A stretch of 62,619 bases of DNA, from the IMG/VR virus record IMGVR_UViG_3300042565_002416, positions 1 through 62,619 of that record. One strand, given 5' to 3'. Positions 42,638-51,559 of this stretch are shown here, in pieces (within the stretch, counting starts at the first letter, position 1; the number at the start of each line of letters is the position of its first letter). The position numbers were made by a program, and so were the translations under genes. The DNA is from a virus (Duplodnaviria; Caudoviricetes). The notes beneath the pieces were generated by a model. The model did not search any database. It had not been told where the DNA came from and saw only the letters and a list, made by a program, of their open reading frames with translations.

Positions 42638-43702
42638 ATGATTTTAACAGAATATAATAAAAAAGATGTTGATGTTCTTAAAGAATTAGACGATCAATTC
42701 ACGGTAGCCCTTGAGTTTGAATTGGAAACTGATGACCAATATAATCCTGAAGATGAGGATGAAGAAGATATTATTGAACAAATAAGGGGGACTATTCATA
42801 ATCAATTAAGGGGTGATAAGAGAGCAAATCCCGCTTTTATTGATAACATAGTCAATCAAATAGAATTAGACGATGAGGATTTTACATACGATGAGTTATT
42901 AAATCCATCTCTTTATAGTAATAGAAACGAAAAAAGGATTATTAATGTAATAAGATCAATTTCAATGCAATATTCAGTTGAGAGTTTATCATACCTTTCA
43001 ATGAAACTAAGGGAATATTTACCTAATTTTTATGAAAAATGGTCAGATAAAATGAAGTTTGAAATAGATTCTTCATTAGATAGAGGTATTGAGTTTTCAC
43101 CGATAACTTATTTAAATTCAGTTACCGAAGCAATAGATATGATAAATGACTTTTATAATGATTTTGATAAACAATCATATTGGAAGTTTACACAAAAAAC
43201 AGGTTTACATATAAATATTGGATTTAAAGAAAGGAAAGATTGGAACATTCTTAAAGGTGTGTTATTTCTAAGTGATGATTCATCAACGACAAAATATAAA
43301 GTTCCTTATGTTTTTAAGGGTATAGAAAAAAGGGTTGAATCCAAATATGCTGGTTCATTTAAAAGATTGGTATTTGATAAAGTTAGTGAATATTCGGATA
43401 CATTTGCCGTAAACAAAAAAAATCTAAAGGATGTTGAGGATTACTTCAACGAATATTTACTCAAATTATTAGATACTGAAGGATATGAAAGTCCAACATA
43501 TTTTAAATTATATGGTTTAAATATAACAAGATTAAAGAAATATAATTATATTGAGTTTAGGTATCCTGGAGGTCCAATTAATATGGAAGTTCTAATAGAT
43601 AAATTATTCTATTTTTGTTATTTATGTGCCTTAATGACTGAACCTGACTACAAAAAAGAGCAGTATTACAAGCGTTTATATAATTTTTTAAAATTATTTT
43701 AA
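42638..43702 (+). CDS. Putative amidoligase (COOH-NH2 ligase family)
   Basis: LEFELE, DSSL...IEFSP, TGLHINIG, IEFRYPGG. Confidence 0.7.
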   Translation: MILTEYNKKDVDVLKELDDQFTVALEFELETDDQYNPEDEDEEDIIEQIRGTIHNQLRGDKRANPAFIDNIVNQIELDDEDFTYDELLNPSLYSNRNEKRIINVIRSISMQYSVESLSYLSMKLREYLPNFYEKWSDKMKFEIDSSLDRGIEFSPITYLNSVTEAIDMINDFYNDFDKQSYWKFTQKTGLHINIGFKERKDWNILKGVLFLSDDSSTTKYKVPYVFKGIEKRVESKYAGSFKRLVFDKVSEYSDTFAVNKKNLKDVEDYFNEYLLKLLDTEGYESPTYFKLYGLNITRLKKYNYIEFRYPGGPINMEVLIDKLFYFCYLCALMTEPDYKKEQYYKRLYNFLKLF

Positions 43703-43710
43703 ATTTTTTT

Positions 43711-43739
43711 TTGTGAATTAAATTTTTCTTGTATATTTG
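43711..43739 (+). promoter_or_regulatory. Bacteroidota-type -33/-7 promoter
   Basis: TTG-N18-TATATTTG upstream of 43763. Similar elements at 41413-41443, 45100-45130 and 55935-55965. Confidence 0.55.
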
Positions 43740-43762
43740 TCCCACAATAAACAATAAATATT

Positions 43763-43981
43763 ATGACAACTCAAGAAATTAAATCGGAAGGATTGAAATG
43801 GTTATCAGGAAATGGATGTGAAATGTATGTGGTATCCAAATTAGGGGTGTACCAGTGGTGGATGATTAGTGAAAAAACAGGTAAACATATGATTACCAAT
43901 AAAGGTAAATATGGACGAGTATTTGCTGATGAAAGAGTTTTAGCACATTGGGATGGGTTTAAAAAAATGCAAATCAAATAA
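43763..43981 (+). CDS. Hypothetical protein, probably early
   Basis: 72-aa ORF after a host-type promoter. Confidence 0.6.
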   Translation: MTTQEIKSEGLKWLSGNGCEMYVVSKLGVYQWWMISEKTGKHMITNKGKYGRVFADERVLAHWDGFKKMQIK

Positions 43982-43991
43982 ATAAAACAAT

Positions 43992-44717
43992 ATGACTAAC
44001 GAGAAAAGAGAAAGTATTATTAAGAAAATCAACCTCTTAAAGCAAAAAACCACAGCTAATGGTTGTTCAGAATCAGAAGCAATGACAGCAGCTGAAATGA
44101 TTTCAAGACTTCTTCAAGAATACGATTTATCAATGACAGAAGTTGAGGCTAAATCACAAGAGTTTATTACCGAAGAAATCGGTATTAACAGTAAGATTAA
44201 AAAACCTATTCACGATGTAGTTAGTTCAATAGCTCATTTTACAGACACTAAAGTTTATTTTAGAAAACGTATATTTGACTACGTATATAACTTCTTTGGA
44301 ACTAAAAAGGATGTTGAGTTCGCTAGTTATTTATTTGATTTGTTATCACACGCCATGGATAATGAATACGCTAAATATCAAAAAACACCTGAATATAAAA
44401 TGATTGGCGGTAAAACAGCTCGTGGTTCTTTTTATAAGGGAATGATTATCAGATTAAGTCAAAGACTTCGTGAAATGAAAAATAACATTGCTAACGAAGC
44501 GAAATCTTCAGGGTTGGTTTTATATAATAAAATGGCGATTACTGACCAAATGTTCAGAGAACGTAACCCTTACTTGAGATTAAAAACAACAACGTCAAAA
44601 ATGACAATTTCCGACACAAAGGCTTTTAATTCAGGTAAAGATGCGGCTGATCGTGTAAATATCACATCAGGTTTAAACGGTAGAAAGGCATCAAGTAATA
44701 TGAGATTGACATCTTAG
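43992..44717 (+). CDS. DUF2786/DUF7168-like protein
   Basis: IIKKINLL......CSESEAMTAAEM..LL.EY.L, FFG...DV, AF..G..AA..V. Confidence 0.75.
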   Translation: MTNEKRESIIKKINLLKQKTTANGCSESEAMTAAEMISRLLQEYDLSMTEVEAKSQEFITEEIGINSKIKKPIHDVVSSIAHFTDTKVYFRKRIFDYVYNFFGTKKDVEFASYLFDLLSHAMDNEYAKYQKTPEYKMIGGKTARGSFYKGMIIRLSQRLREMKNNIANEAKSSGLVLYNKMAITDQMFRERNPYLRLKTTTSKMTISDTKAFNSGKDAADRVNITSGLNGRKASSNMRLTS

Positions 44718-45022
44718 TCATTAAATCCCATTTTACTTTTCAGTCTTTTTATGTCTTCAATAATAATTTTAGGATCTTCGGATCCTATTTTTTCAAATTC
44801 AAATTTGGGTTTGATTTCAGAAGCAAAAAACTTTCCAACACTTTGAGCTTCCTGTAATCTTAAAAATGTTAGCATATCCACATTTGTATATTTATAGATA
44901 TTACCATTATTAAATGTGATATATAGGTCATTATCTAAGAAATCGTATACTGATTTATAGATATTACTGGATTCGTAAATACTCTTAATGGTATTATTTT
45001 GTTTGGTTGTTTCTAAAAGCAT
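44714..45022 (-). CDS. KTSC domain protein
   Basis: SSNI....YD....LYITFNNG..YKY.NV......L..A.SVGKFF...IK. Confidence 0.85.
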   Translation of the reverse strand: MLLETTKQNNTIKSIYESSNIYKSVYDFLDNDLYITFNNGNIYKYTNVDMLTFLRLQEAQSVGKFFASEIKPKFEFEKIGSEDPKIIIEDIKRLKSKMGFND

Positions 45023-45141
45023 AAAAAATATTTGACTTCAGTATTTTAATTTATTATAGTTATATTAGAATATTAAAGTTAAATAATTAAAAATAAATGT
45101 TGTTTAATAAAAAAATTTCAATTATCTTTGAATAAAAATAT

Positions 45142-45514
45142 GGGTACTACAAGGTTTTGACCTGTGATGGTTGTGTTATTCAAACAAGCAAGACCTGCAT
45201 TAAGTCTTTAAAAACTGAAGCAAAAAATCAACTGGCAACAGTTACAATCCTGAGGACATTATGAGCCTCCCAACTTCACTAATGAAGAGCTTTAAAACTC
45301 AAGAAGCTGAACTTGAGTTTGCTTAGTGAACTTGGCTCGAAGCCAAACACAGTAAAACCATTTAGGTAGTTTTATGTTTAAAAAACTACAACATTTTTAC
45401 TTATTTGATGTTGATTAAATAAGTTTATTGGAAGATAAAATAACTTCCTAAGCTTGTAAATAATTTGGGTAATTACAAATTATGGGAACGGAGGTTCGAT
45501 TCCTCCAGTATCCA
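45142..45514 (+). ncRNA. ssrA: tmRNA (373 nt)
   Basis: Acceptor stem GGGUACU/AGUAUCC with G3.U wobble and discriminator A, 5' GGTTTTGAC, T-arm GGAGG-TTCGATT-CCTCC, internal tag ORF 45234-45326. CCA is not encoded. Confidence 0.92.
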
Positions 45515-45515
45515 C

Positions 45516-45564
45516 AAAAAAATAATACCTGATGGAGGTTATCAAAGTCGGGTATTATTTTTTT
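45516..45564 (+). terminator. Terminator-like hairpin after the tmRNA
   Basis: aataatacctga...tcgggtattatt stem with a T tract. Confidence 0.6.
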
Positions 45565-45625
45565 AAATTATGGAAATAAAAGTTATATTTTGTGAGTTAT
45601 TAAAAATAAATAAATTAAAGTTAAA

Positions 45626-46195
45626 ATGAATTTATACGAAATAAGAAACGAATATTTAGAATTATTATCGTTTTTAGAAGAAAATGAAGGTGAGTTAACC
45701 CCAGAGTTGGAAGAGTTAATGTTAATTAATAAAGAAACATTTAAAGAAAAATCTTTAAATTATATTAAAATCATTAATAAATTAAAATCGGATTTATCAT
45801 ACGCAGAAGAAGAAATTAGTAGAATTCAATCTTATATCAATAAGAAAAACACATCAATAAATAGATTGGAAACAACCTTATTAGATGCTTTAAAATTATA
45901 TGGTGATAAAGACCCTAAAAAGAACATTTATCGTTTTGAAGTAGGTACTTTTAGATTATCAACCAGACAATCGGAATCAGTTAATATTGATATTGATCGT
46001 ATTAGTAATGATTATAAAGAATATACGATTAAAAATTTAACGTATAAAGAAAAAGAATCTATATTAGAGTTATTAAAAAAGGAATTAAAATTAGATGTTA
46101 CAGTCCCTAAAAAAGGTTTGAAGGAGTTAATATCTGACGGTAATGAAATTGAAGGTGCTTCAATTAAAACTAATTATTCCTTAATAATCAAATAA
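45626..46195 (+). CDS. Siphovirus Gp157-like protein
   Basis: MNLYEI start, coiled coil, F.LS.R.SESV, K..LKE....G.EIEGA...NYSL.IK. Confidence 0.8.
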   Translation: MNLYEIRNEYLELLSFLEENEGELTPELEELMLINKETFKEKSLNYIKIINKLKSDLSYAEEEISRIQSYINKKNTSINRLETTLLDALKLYGDKDPKKNIYRFEVGTFRLSTRQSESVNIDIDRISNDYKEYTIKNLTYKEKESILELLKKELKLDVTVPKKGLKELISDGNEIEGASIKTNYSLIIK

Positions 46196-46198
46196 CAG

Positions 46199-46813
46199 TT
46201 AAAGATATCCTGAAACTAAATAAGATAGTTTTTCAATTTCTTCTATTTGTTCATCATTTAATTTTTTTCTTGTTTTAATAAAGGAAACTCTTACAAACCC
46301 AAATATTGATCCTTCAATATTTTCAATTACAAAACCATAATCATTTTTTATTCCTTTATTGTAAAGGTAATTTTTCCAAGTTGATGGGTTTTGAGTTTCG
46401 CTTGTATCCAATGAATATCTTTTATTATCAAAGAATATTGTAAAGTAATCTGAAAATGGTGTTAACAACACATCTTTAAAATCCATATTTTCAATTGATA
46501 TTCCTGATGAAACTACTTCATAAATTATACTACCTTTGCTAAACTCTACCTTTTGTTTTTTTTTATTGAAAAAAACACCACCATTGTGAAGAACTGTTAT
46601 TGATACTCTATCAGCATTTGTTATTTCAAGTATTTGTTGTAATTTACCTACAATCTGTTTTGATTTGGTAATATTGCGTTTAATTTTTTCAATTTTTGTA
46701 TTATTTTTATGGTTATCCATAAGTATTTTTACGATATAACCAATAACTCCGCTAATGACACCTAAAAGTGACACTATTATTGGGGTAGGTATGTAAAATC
46801 CAAAAATTATCAT
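46199..46813 (-). CDS. Single-TM protein with GAF-like domain; holin candidate (T4 T-like architecture)
   Basis: N-terminal hydrophobic helix, then ADRV.I..HNGG...S..YEVV; TATTTATA motif upstream on the minus strand. Confidence 0.45.
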   Translation of the reverse strand: MIIFGFYIPTPIIVSLLGVISGVIGYIVKILMDNHKNNTKIEKIKRNITKSKQIVGKLQQILEITNADRVSITVLHNGGVFFNKKKQKVEFSKGSIIYEVVSSGISIENMDFKDVLLTPFSDYFTIFFDNKRYSLDTSETQNPSTWKNYLYNKGIKNDYGFVIENIEGSIFGFVRVSFIKTRKKLNDEQIEEIEKLSYLVSGYL

Positions 46814-46879
46814 TTCATTAAAAATCTCTAACTTATAAATATGTATAATTGAAAAGGAAGCTATTTATAGTAAAAAAAA

Positions 46880-48289
46880 ATGGGAAAATATAGAACTTAT
46901 TTTAGTAAAAATAATACATTAGTTAGAAATTCGTACGTAAATACCGCAAGAAATCCAATTGCTGAATTATACTATGGGTTTGATCAAAATCAAACAAGAA
47001 CATATTCAAGATATATTTTTGATATAGATTTAACCAATATCTATAATTTATATACAGGTAAAACATTTACAACATTAAATAATACAACCCATAAATTAAA
47101 GATGAAGAATTGCTCATCATTTGATGAACTATTTGGTGAAACTGTTGGTTCGTATAAAACAAGGGGTAATTCATTTGATTTAATATTATTCAGGATTTCA
47201 GGTGAAACTTGGGATCAGGGTATAGGTTATGATTATGCCGATTATAAAACAGAAAGTTTAATAAGAGAACCTTTTGTATATACTGAAACTCCATCTAATT
47301 GGTTTTATAATAAAACTAATTCTACTTGGAATAATCCTGGTGTGTATTCAACACCTGAAATTATAGCAACACAACATTTTGATTTAGGTAATGAAGATTT
47401 AAATATTGATATTTCCAATGAAATAAATAATAGATTACAGAATAATATATTTAGTGGTGTAAGTTACGGTATTGCCTTTACAACATCACTGGAAAATATA
47501 CCATATTCAGCAACCACATTTGATGCTTCATTACAATATGTAGGTTTCTTTTCTAAATATACTCAAACATTTTATCAACCTTATTTAGAAACAGTATATG
47601 ATAATTTAATTCAAGACGATAGAAACTTCTTCTATAAAGGTAAGTTAAATAATTTATTTTTATACGTAAATAAGGGAGGTATTCCAGTTAATTTAGATAA
47701 TTTACCTACTTGTACTATAAAGGATATGAATGGAACATTATATTCATCATTTACCGCAACACAAAAAACAATTGGTGTGTATTATGTAAGTTTTGTAATA
47801 CCAGATTCATATCCGTACGATTCTGTATTATTCAATGACGTATGGAGTAATTTATACATTAATGGTATTCAAAAACCAAATGCAACTTTGGATTTTGAAG
47901 TTAAATGTGATGAATATTATTCAATAGGAAGTAATGAGTTTTTACCGAAAGAATATGGTTTATCATTTAGTGGGTTGAAAAGAGATGAGGTTGTAAGTAC
48001 AGGTGAGAAAAGAAAAGTGGTTGTTAGTGTAAGAGAACCTTATGTATATGAAGTTCCAGTATTAACAGATTTTGTTCAATATAGAATATATGTTAAAGAA
48101 GGTCCGTTAAATGAAATTATAATTCAAGATTGGTCTGATTTAAATAGAACAACGAATATGAATTATTTTATGTTAGACACTTCTTGGTTATTACCTAATA
48201 AGTATTATTTAGATATTAGAGTAAGTTCAAATCAAGAAATAAGAGAATATAAAGAAATAATACAATTTTTTGTTAGACAAGAACTATAA
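46880..48289 (+). CDS. Putative structural protein
   Basis: 469 aa, aromatic and beta-rich, TATTTATA upstream. Confidence 0.5.
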   Translation: MGKYRTYFSKNNTLVRNSYVNTARNPIAELYYGFDQNQTRTYSRYIFDIDLTNIYNLYTGKTFTTLNNTTHKLKMKNCSSFDELFGETVGSYKTRGNSFDLILFRISGETWDQGIGYDYADYKTESLIREPFVYTETPSNWFYNKTNSTWNNPGVYSTPEIIATQHFDLGNEDLNIDISNEINNRLQNNIFSGVSYGIAFTTSLENIPYSATTFDASLQYVGFFSKYTQTFYQPYLETVYDNLIQDDRNFFYKGKLNNLFLYVNKGGIPVNLDNLPTCTIKDMNGTLYSSFTATQKTIGVYYVSFVIPDSYPYDSVLFNDVWSNLYINGIQKPNATLDFEVKCDEYYSIGSNEFLPKEYGLSFSGLKRDEVVSTGEKRKVVVSVREPYVYEVPVLTDFVQYRIYVKEGPLNEIIIQDWSDLNRTTNMNYFMLDTSWLLPNKYYLDIRVSSNQEIREYKEIIQFFVRQEL

Positions 48290-48311
48290 ATAAAATTAAA
48301 ACAAAGAAGAT

Positions 48312-49439
48312 ATGTCAAGTTTAGAAAATAATTACATAGCTAAAACATTTAAATCATTATTAAAGATAATTAATAATGACGCTTTTACCGGTAATACACA
48401 ACAAACAATAAGTGATGGTTTAGGTAATTCATTACCAGTGTCATTTGGTTCTAATTGTGTTCAGTTTACAAAAAAAGTCGTAAATACCGATATATCAATT
48501 ACCGGTAATTTATTCGATGTTAATGGTTTTTCAGGTAATACAAATCAATTTATATCAAAAGGGGTGAATGGATTACTATGGAATAATATTGATTATATTA
48601 TAACCGCTGTAACAAATAATAAGGTTATTGAATTGGGTTCTGGGGTATTATCAACAGTTAGAGTAAATGCTAATAATAATGCATCGGGTAATTATTCCGG
48701 AGTTTTAAGTGGGACAGGTAATACAGCATCAGGCTGTTTTTCAATTATAGGTGGAGGTAAGTGTAATACTTCTAGTGGTTGTAATTCATTTATAGGTGGT
48801 GGTTGTGGTAACATATCATCTGATAATAGTAGTTTTGTTGGTGGTGGAGCTGGTAATACAGCATCAGGTTATCGTTCAGCTGTGGTTGGTGGTAATTTAA
48901 ATAGAGGTTTAGGTGAATATTCATTTGTAGGTGGTGGTTTTAGGAATAGTTCTCTTGGTAGTTATTCAAGTGTTTCTGGTGGTTATAAAAATACGTCTTC
49001 AGGTAGTTATTCATCAACAGTAAGTGGTGGATATTGTAATCAATCGTCAGGTAATTTTTCAACTACATCTGGAGGTATTTGTAATACATCATTAGGTAAT
49101 TTCTCAACCGTTTCAGGTGGTAGAAATAATACAACATCCGGAAATTACTCATTTATAGCTGGTGGTAATCAAAATACCGTTTTAGGCTTTCGTTCGGCGG
49201 TGGGTGGTGGTTGTAATAATACATCATCAGGGTATAATTCAAACATAGTTGGTGGTATTAATAATAAAGCAATCGCCAATAATACGTTTATATTGGGTAG
49301 TAATATAACAGGTAATACCGCCAATATGACATATGTACAATGTTTAAATATAACATCATTACCAACAACAGATCCAGGAATATTGGGTGTTGTTTGGAGA
49401 AATGGTATTAATTTAATGATTTCAACAGGTACAACTTAA
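48312..49439 (+). CDS. Short fibre protein with about 14 15-aa repeats
   Basis: NKVIELGSGVLS module and repeats shared with the first gene; LPTTDP..G.VW C-terminus. Confidence 0.75.
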   Translation: MSSLENNYIAKTFKSLLKIINNDAFTGNTQQTISDGLGNSLPVSFGSNCVQFTKKVVNTDISITGNLFDVNGFSGNTNQFISKGVNGLLWNNIDYIITAVTNNKVIELGSGVLSTVRVNANNNASGNYSGVLSGTGNTASGCFSIIGGGKCNTSSGCNSFIGGGCGNISSDNSSFVGGGAGNTASGYRSAVVGGNLNRGLGEYSFVGGGFRNSSLGSYSSVSGGYKNTSSGSYSSTVSGGYCNQSSGNFSTTSGGICNTSLGNFSTVSGGRNNTTSGNYSFIAGGNQNTVLGFRSAVGGGCNNTSSGYNSNIVGGINNKAIANNTFILGSNITGNTANMTYVQCLNITSLPTTDPGILGVVWRNGINLMISTGTT

Positions 49440-49477
49440 AATATTTACTAAATACGTATGTTTCATATATTATCTAT

Positions 49478-50362
49478 ATGAAAAAATACGCTTTATTTCA
49501 CATAGAGGGTGGTTTAGGAAAACACGTAGCCGCCACCGCAGTCGCAAAATGTATAAAAAATAATCATTCCGACAGAGAACTTCTTGTAGTATGTGCTTAC
49601 CCTGAAATATTCTTAAATCTAAACTTTATTAGTAAAGTTTTTAGAATAGGTAACACCCCTTACTTTTATCAAGACTATATTAAAGATCAAGACACTTTAA
49701 TATTTAAACACGAACCTTATTTTACCACAGATCATATTAGTAAAAAGATTCCTCTTATTGAGAATTGGTGTGGTTTATATAACTTAGATTATTTAGGTGA
49801 GCAACCTGAATTAGTTTTCAACGTAAGACAATTACAACACGGACACAAAAAATGGGTTAGACAAAAACCAATTATGGTTATACAAACAAACGGAGGACCA
49901 TTACAACAAGATTCATCTTATTCTTGGACAAGGGATATTCCTTACCCTGTAGCTGAATCATTAGTAAATTATTATTCTAAAGATTATCATATTATTCAAG
50001 TATGTAGACATGAAGAAAATAAAATAGCAGGATGTGAACACGTATTAGAACCAATGTCAAATATGGAATTATTTTCATTAATGTTAGTAAGTCAAAAAAG
50101 AATTTTAATTGATAGTTGTTTACAACACGCAGCAGCAGCTTTAAATAAAAAATCAACAGTATTATGGATTGGAACATCACCGAAATTATTTGGGCACGAT
50201 ATTCACGATAATTTTACAGCGGTTATTGATGATGGTATTAAATTACCAGATAGTTATTTATTTGATTTTAGTTTCGATGGTGTATTCCACGAATGTCCTT
50301 TAATGGATTTTAATATATTTGATATGGAATCAATAATTTACTCAATAAATAATCAACAATAA
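49478..50362 (+). CDS. GT9-like (heptosyltransferase-fold) glycosyltransferase
   Basis: GGLGK.V..T N-terminal motif and IDSCLQHAAAAL.K...VLW..T.P..FG. Confidence 0.75.
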   Translation: MKKYALFHIEGGLGKHVAATAVAKCIKNNHSDRELLVVCAYPEIFLNLNFISKVFRIGNTPYFYQDYIKDQDTLIFKHEPYFTTDHISKKIPLIENWCGLYNLDYLGEQPELVFNVRQLQHGHKKWVRQKPIMVIQTNGGPLQQDSSYSWTRDIPYPVAESLVNYYSKDYHIIQVCRHEENKIAGCEHVLEPMSNMELFSLMLVSQKRILIDSCLQHAAAALNKKSTVLWIGTSPKLFGHDIHDNFTAVIDDGIKLPDSYLFDFSFDGVFHECPLMDFNIFDMESIIYSINNQQ

Positions 50363-51177
50363 TGGAAAAAATATTCTTTCAAAGTTCATTACCTAGAAGT
50401 GGTTCAACCCTTCTTCAAAATATAATAGGACAAAATCCTGATTTTTACGTAACACCAACATCAGGTGTATTAGAATTAGTATATGCAGCAAGAGCCAATT
50501 ACACCAACTCACCAGAATTTAAAGCACAAGATGCTGAATTAATGAAAAAAGGTTTTACTGCGTTTTGTAAGGGTGGTGTTGAATCGTACTTTAGCTCAAT
50601 AACAGACAAAAAATATGTGATGGATAAATCAAGAGGTTGGGGTATTCATTATGGATTTTTGGAAACTTTTTATCCTGAACCAAAAGTTGTTTGTATGATA
50701 AGAGATCCAAGATCGATATATGCGTCAATGGAAAAAAACTTTAGGAAAAATCAACATTTAGATTCCGGTATTGTGGATCACGCTAAAATGCAAGGAACAA
50801 CAACTGAAAAAAGGATAGATATTTGGACACAAGGACAACCGGTTGGTTTGGCGATGGAAAGATTATATCAGGTAATAAAAGAAGGTATTAATAAAAAAAT
50901 GTTGTTTGTTAAATTTGAAGATTTGTGTAGATATCCTGAACAGGAAATGAAAAAGATTTACACATTTTTAGATGTACCATTTTATCAACACGATTTTGAT
51001 AATATTGAGCAAATAACACAAGAAGATGATTCAGTTTATGGGATATATGGTGATCACGTAATTAAATCTAAATTAACTCCAGTTAAGAACGATTATAAAG
51101 AAGTTTTAGGTGTAAACGCATCAAATTGGGTTAGACAAAACTTTGGTTGGTTTTACGATGAATTTAAATATATCTAA
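50362..51177 (+). CDS. PAPS-dependent sulfotransferase (paralog of 32526..33344)
   Basis: LPRSGSTLL, DKSRGW, IRDPRSIYAS, KFEDL; TAATG coupling to the glycosyltransferase. Confidence 0.85.
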   Translation: MEKIFFQSSLPRSGSTLLQNIIGQNPDFYVTPTSGVLELVYAARANYTNSPEFKAQDAELMKKGFTAFCKGGVESYFSSITDKKYVMDKSRGWGIHYGFLETFYPEPKVVCMIRDPRSIYASMEKNFRKNQHLDSGIVDHAKMQGTTTEKRIDIWTQGQPVGLAMERLYQVIKEGINKKMLFVKFEDLCRYPEQEMKKIYTFLDVPFYQHDFDNIEQITQEDDSVYGIYGDHVIKSKLTPVKNDYKEVLGVNASNWVRQNFGWFYDEFKYI

Positions 51178-51231
51178 TAAATAATCTACTAAATGTGGGT
51201 TTTTTTATTTTAAATAAAGTATTTATATTAT

Positions 51232-51555
51232 ATGTTTAAAATATTAATACCTTCTACAATTGCAAATACATTAAATCAACGATTTAATAAAGTATATGTC
51301 GGTGGTATTGGTATACAAAATATAACATTAAATGGTGTTGATTATGAATTCTACCCTAGAGTTTCGGCGGATATTGATATATTTTCAATAGACAACCCTA
51401 ACCCAAATATTATATTAGGAGGTTATATTATAGATGAATTCCCACAATATTTAGGTAATCCACCATTTAATAATAATAGCGAACCATTACCAGTCGAATC
51501 AATATATTGGATTGATGATGCTTTTTGGGATGATAATAATTTTTGGAACGAATAA
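51232..51555 (+). CDS. Small hypothetical structural protein
   Basis: TATTTATA upstream; shares FP.YLGNP with 54135..54467. Confidence 0.55.
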   Translation: MFKILIPSTIANTLNQRFNKVYVGGIGIQNITLNGVDYEFYPRVSADIDIFSIDNPNPNIILGGYIIDEFPQYLGNPPFNNNSEPLPVESIYWIDDAFWDDNNFWNE

Positions 51556-51559
51556 ATAA

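Noticed and set aside
45032-45060. TTGACT-N17-TATAGT sigma70-like promoter upstream of the tmRNA
   Set aside because: A single instance in very AT-rich DNA. The TAnnTTTG element is closer to the tmRNA and recurs elsewhere. Not excluded, but not relied on.
45486-45517. Standalone tRNA suggested by the TTCGATT T-arm
   Set aside because: No adjacent anticodon arm; the acceptor strand pairs with 45142-45148, so it is the 3' end of the tmRNA.
4070-48995. Paired near-identical segments as a DGR template/variable repeat
   Set aside because: Both copies are coding, the mismatches are not confined to adenines of one copy, and no reverse transcriptase is in the window.
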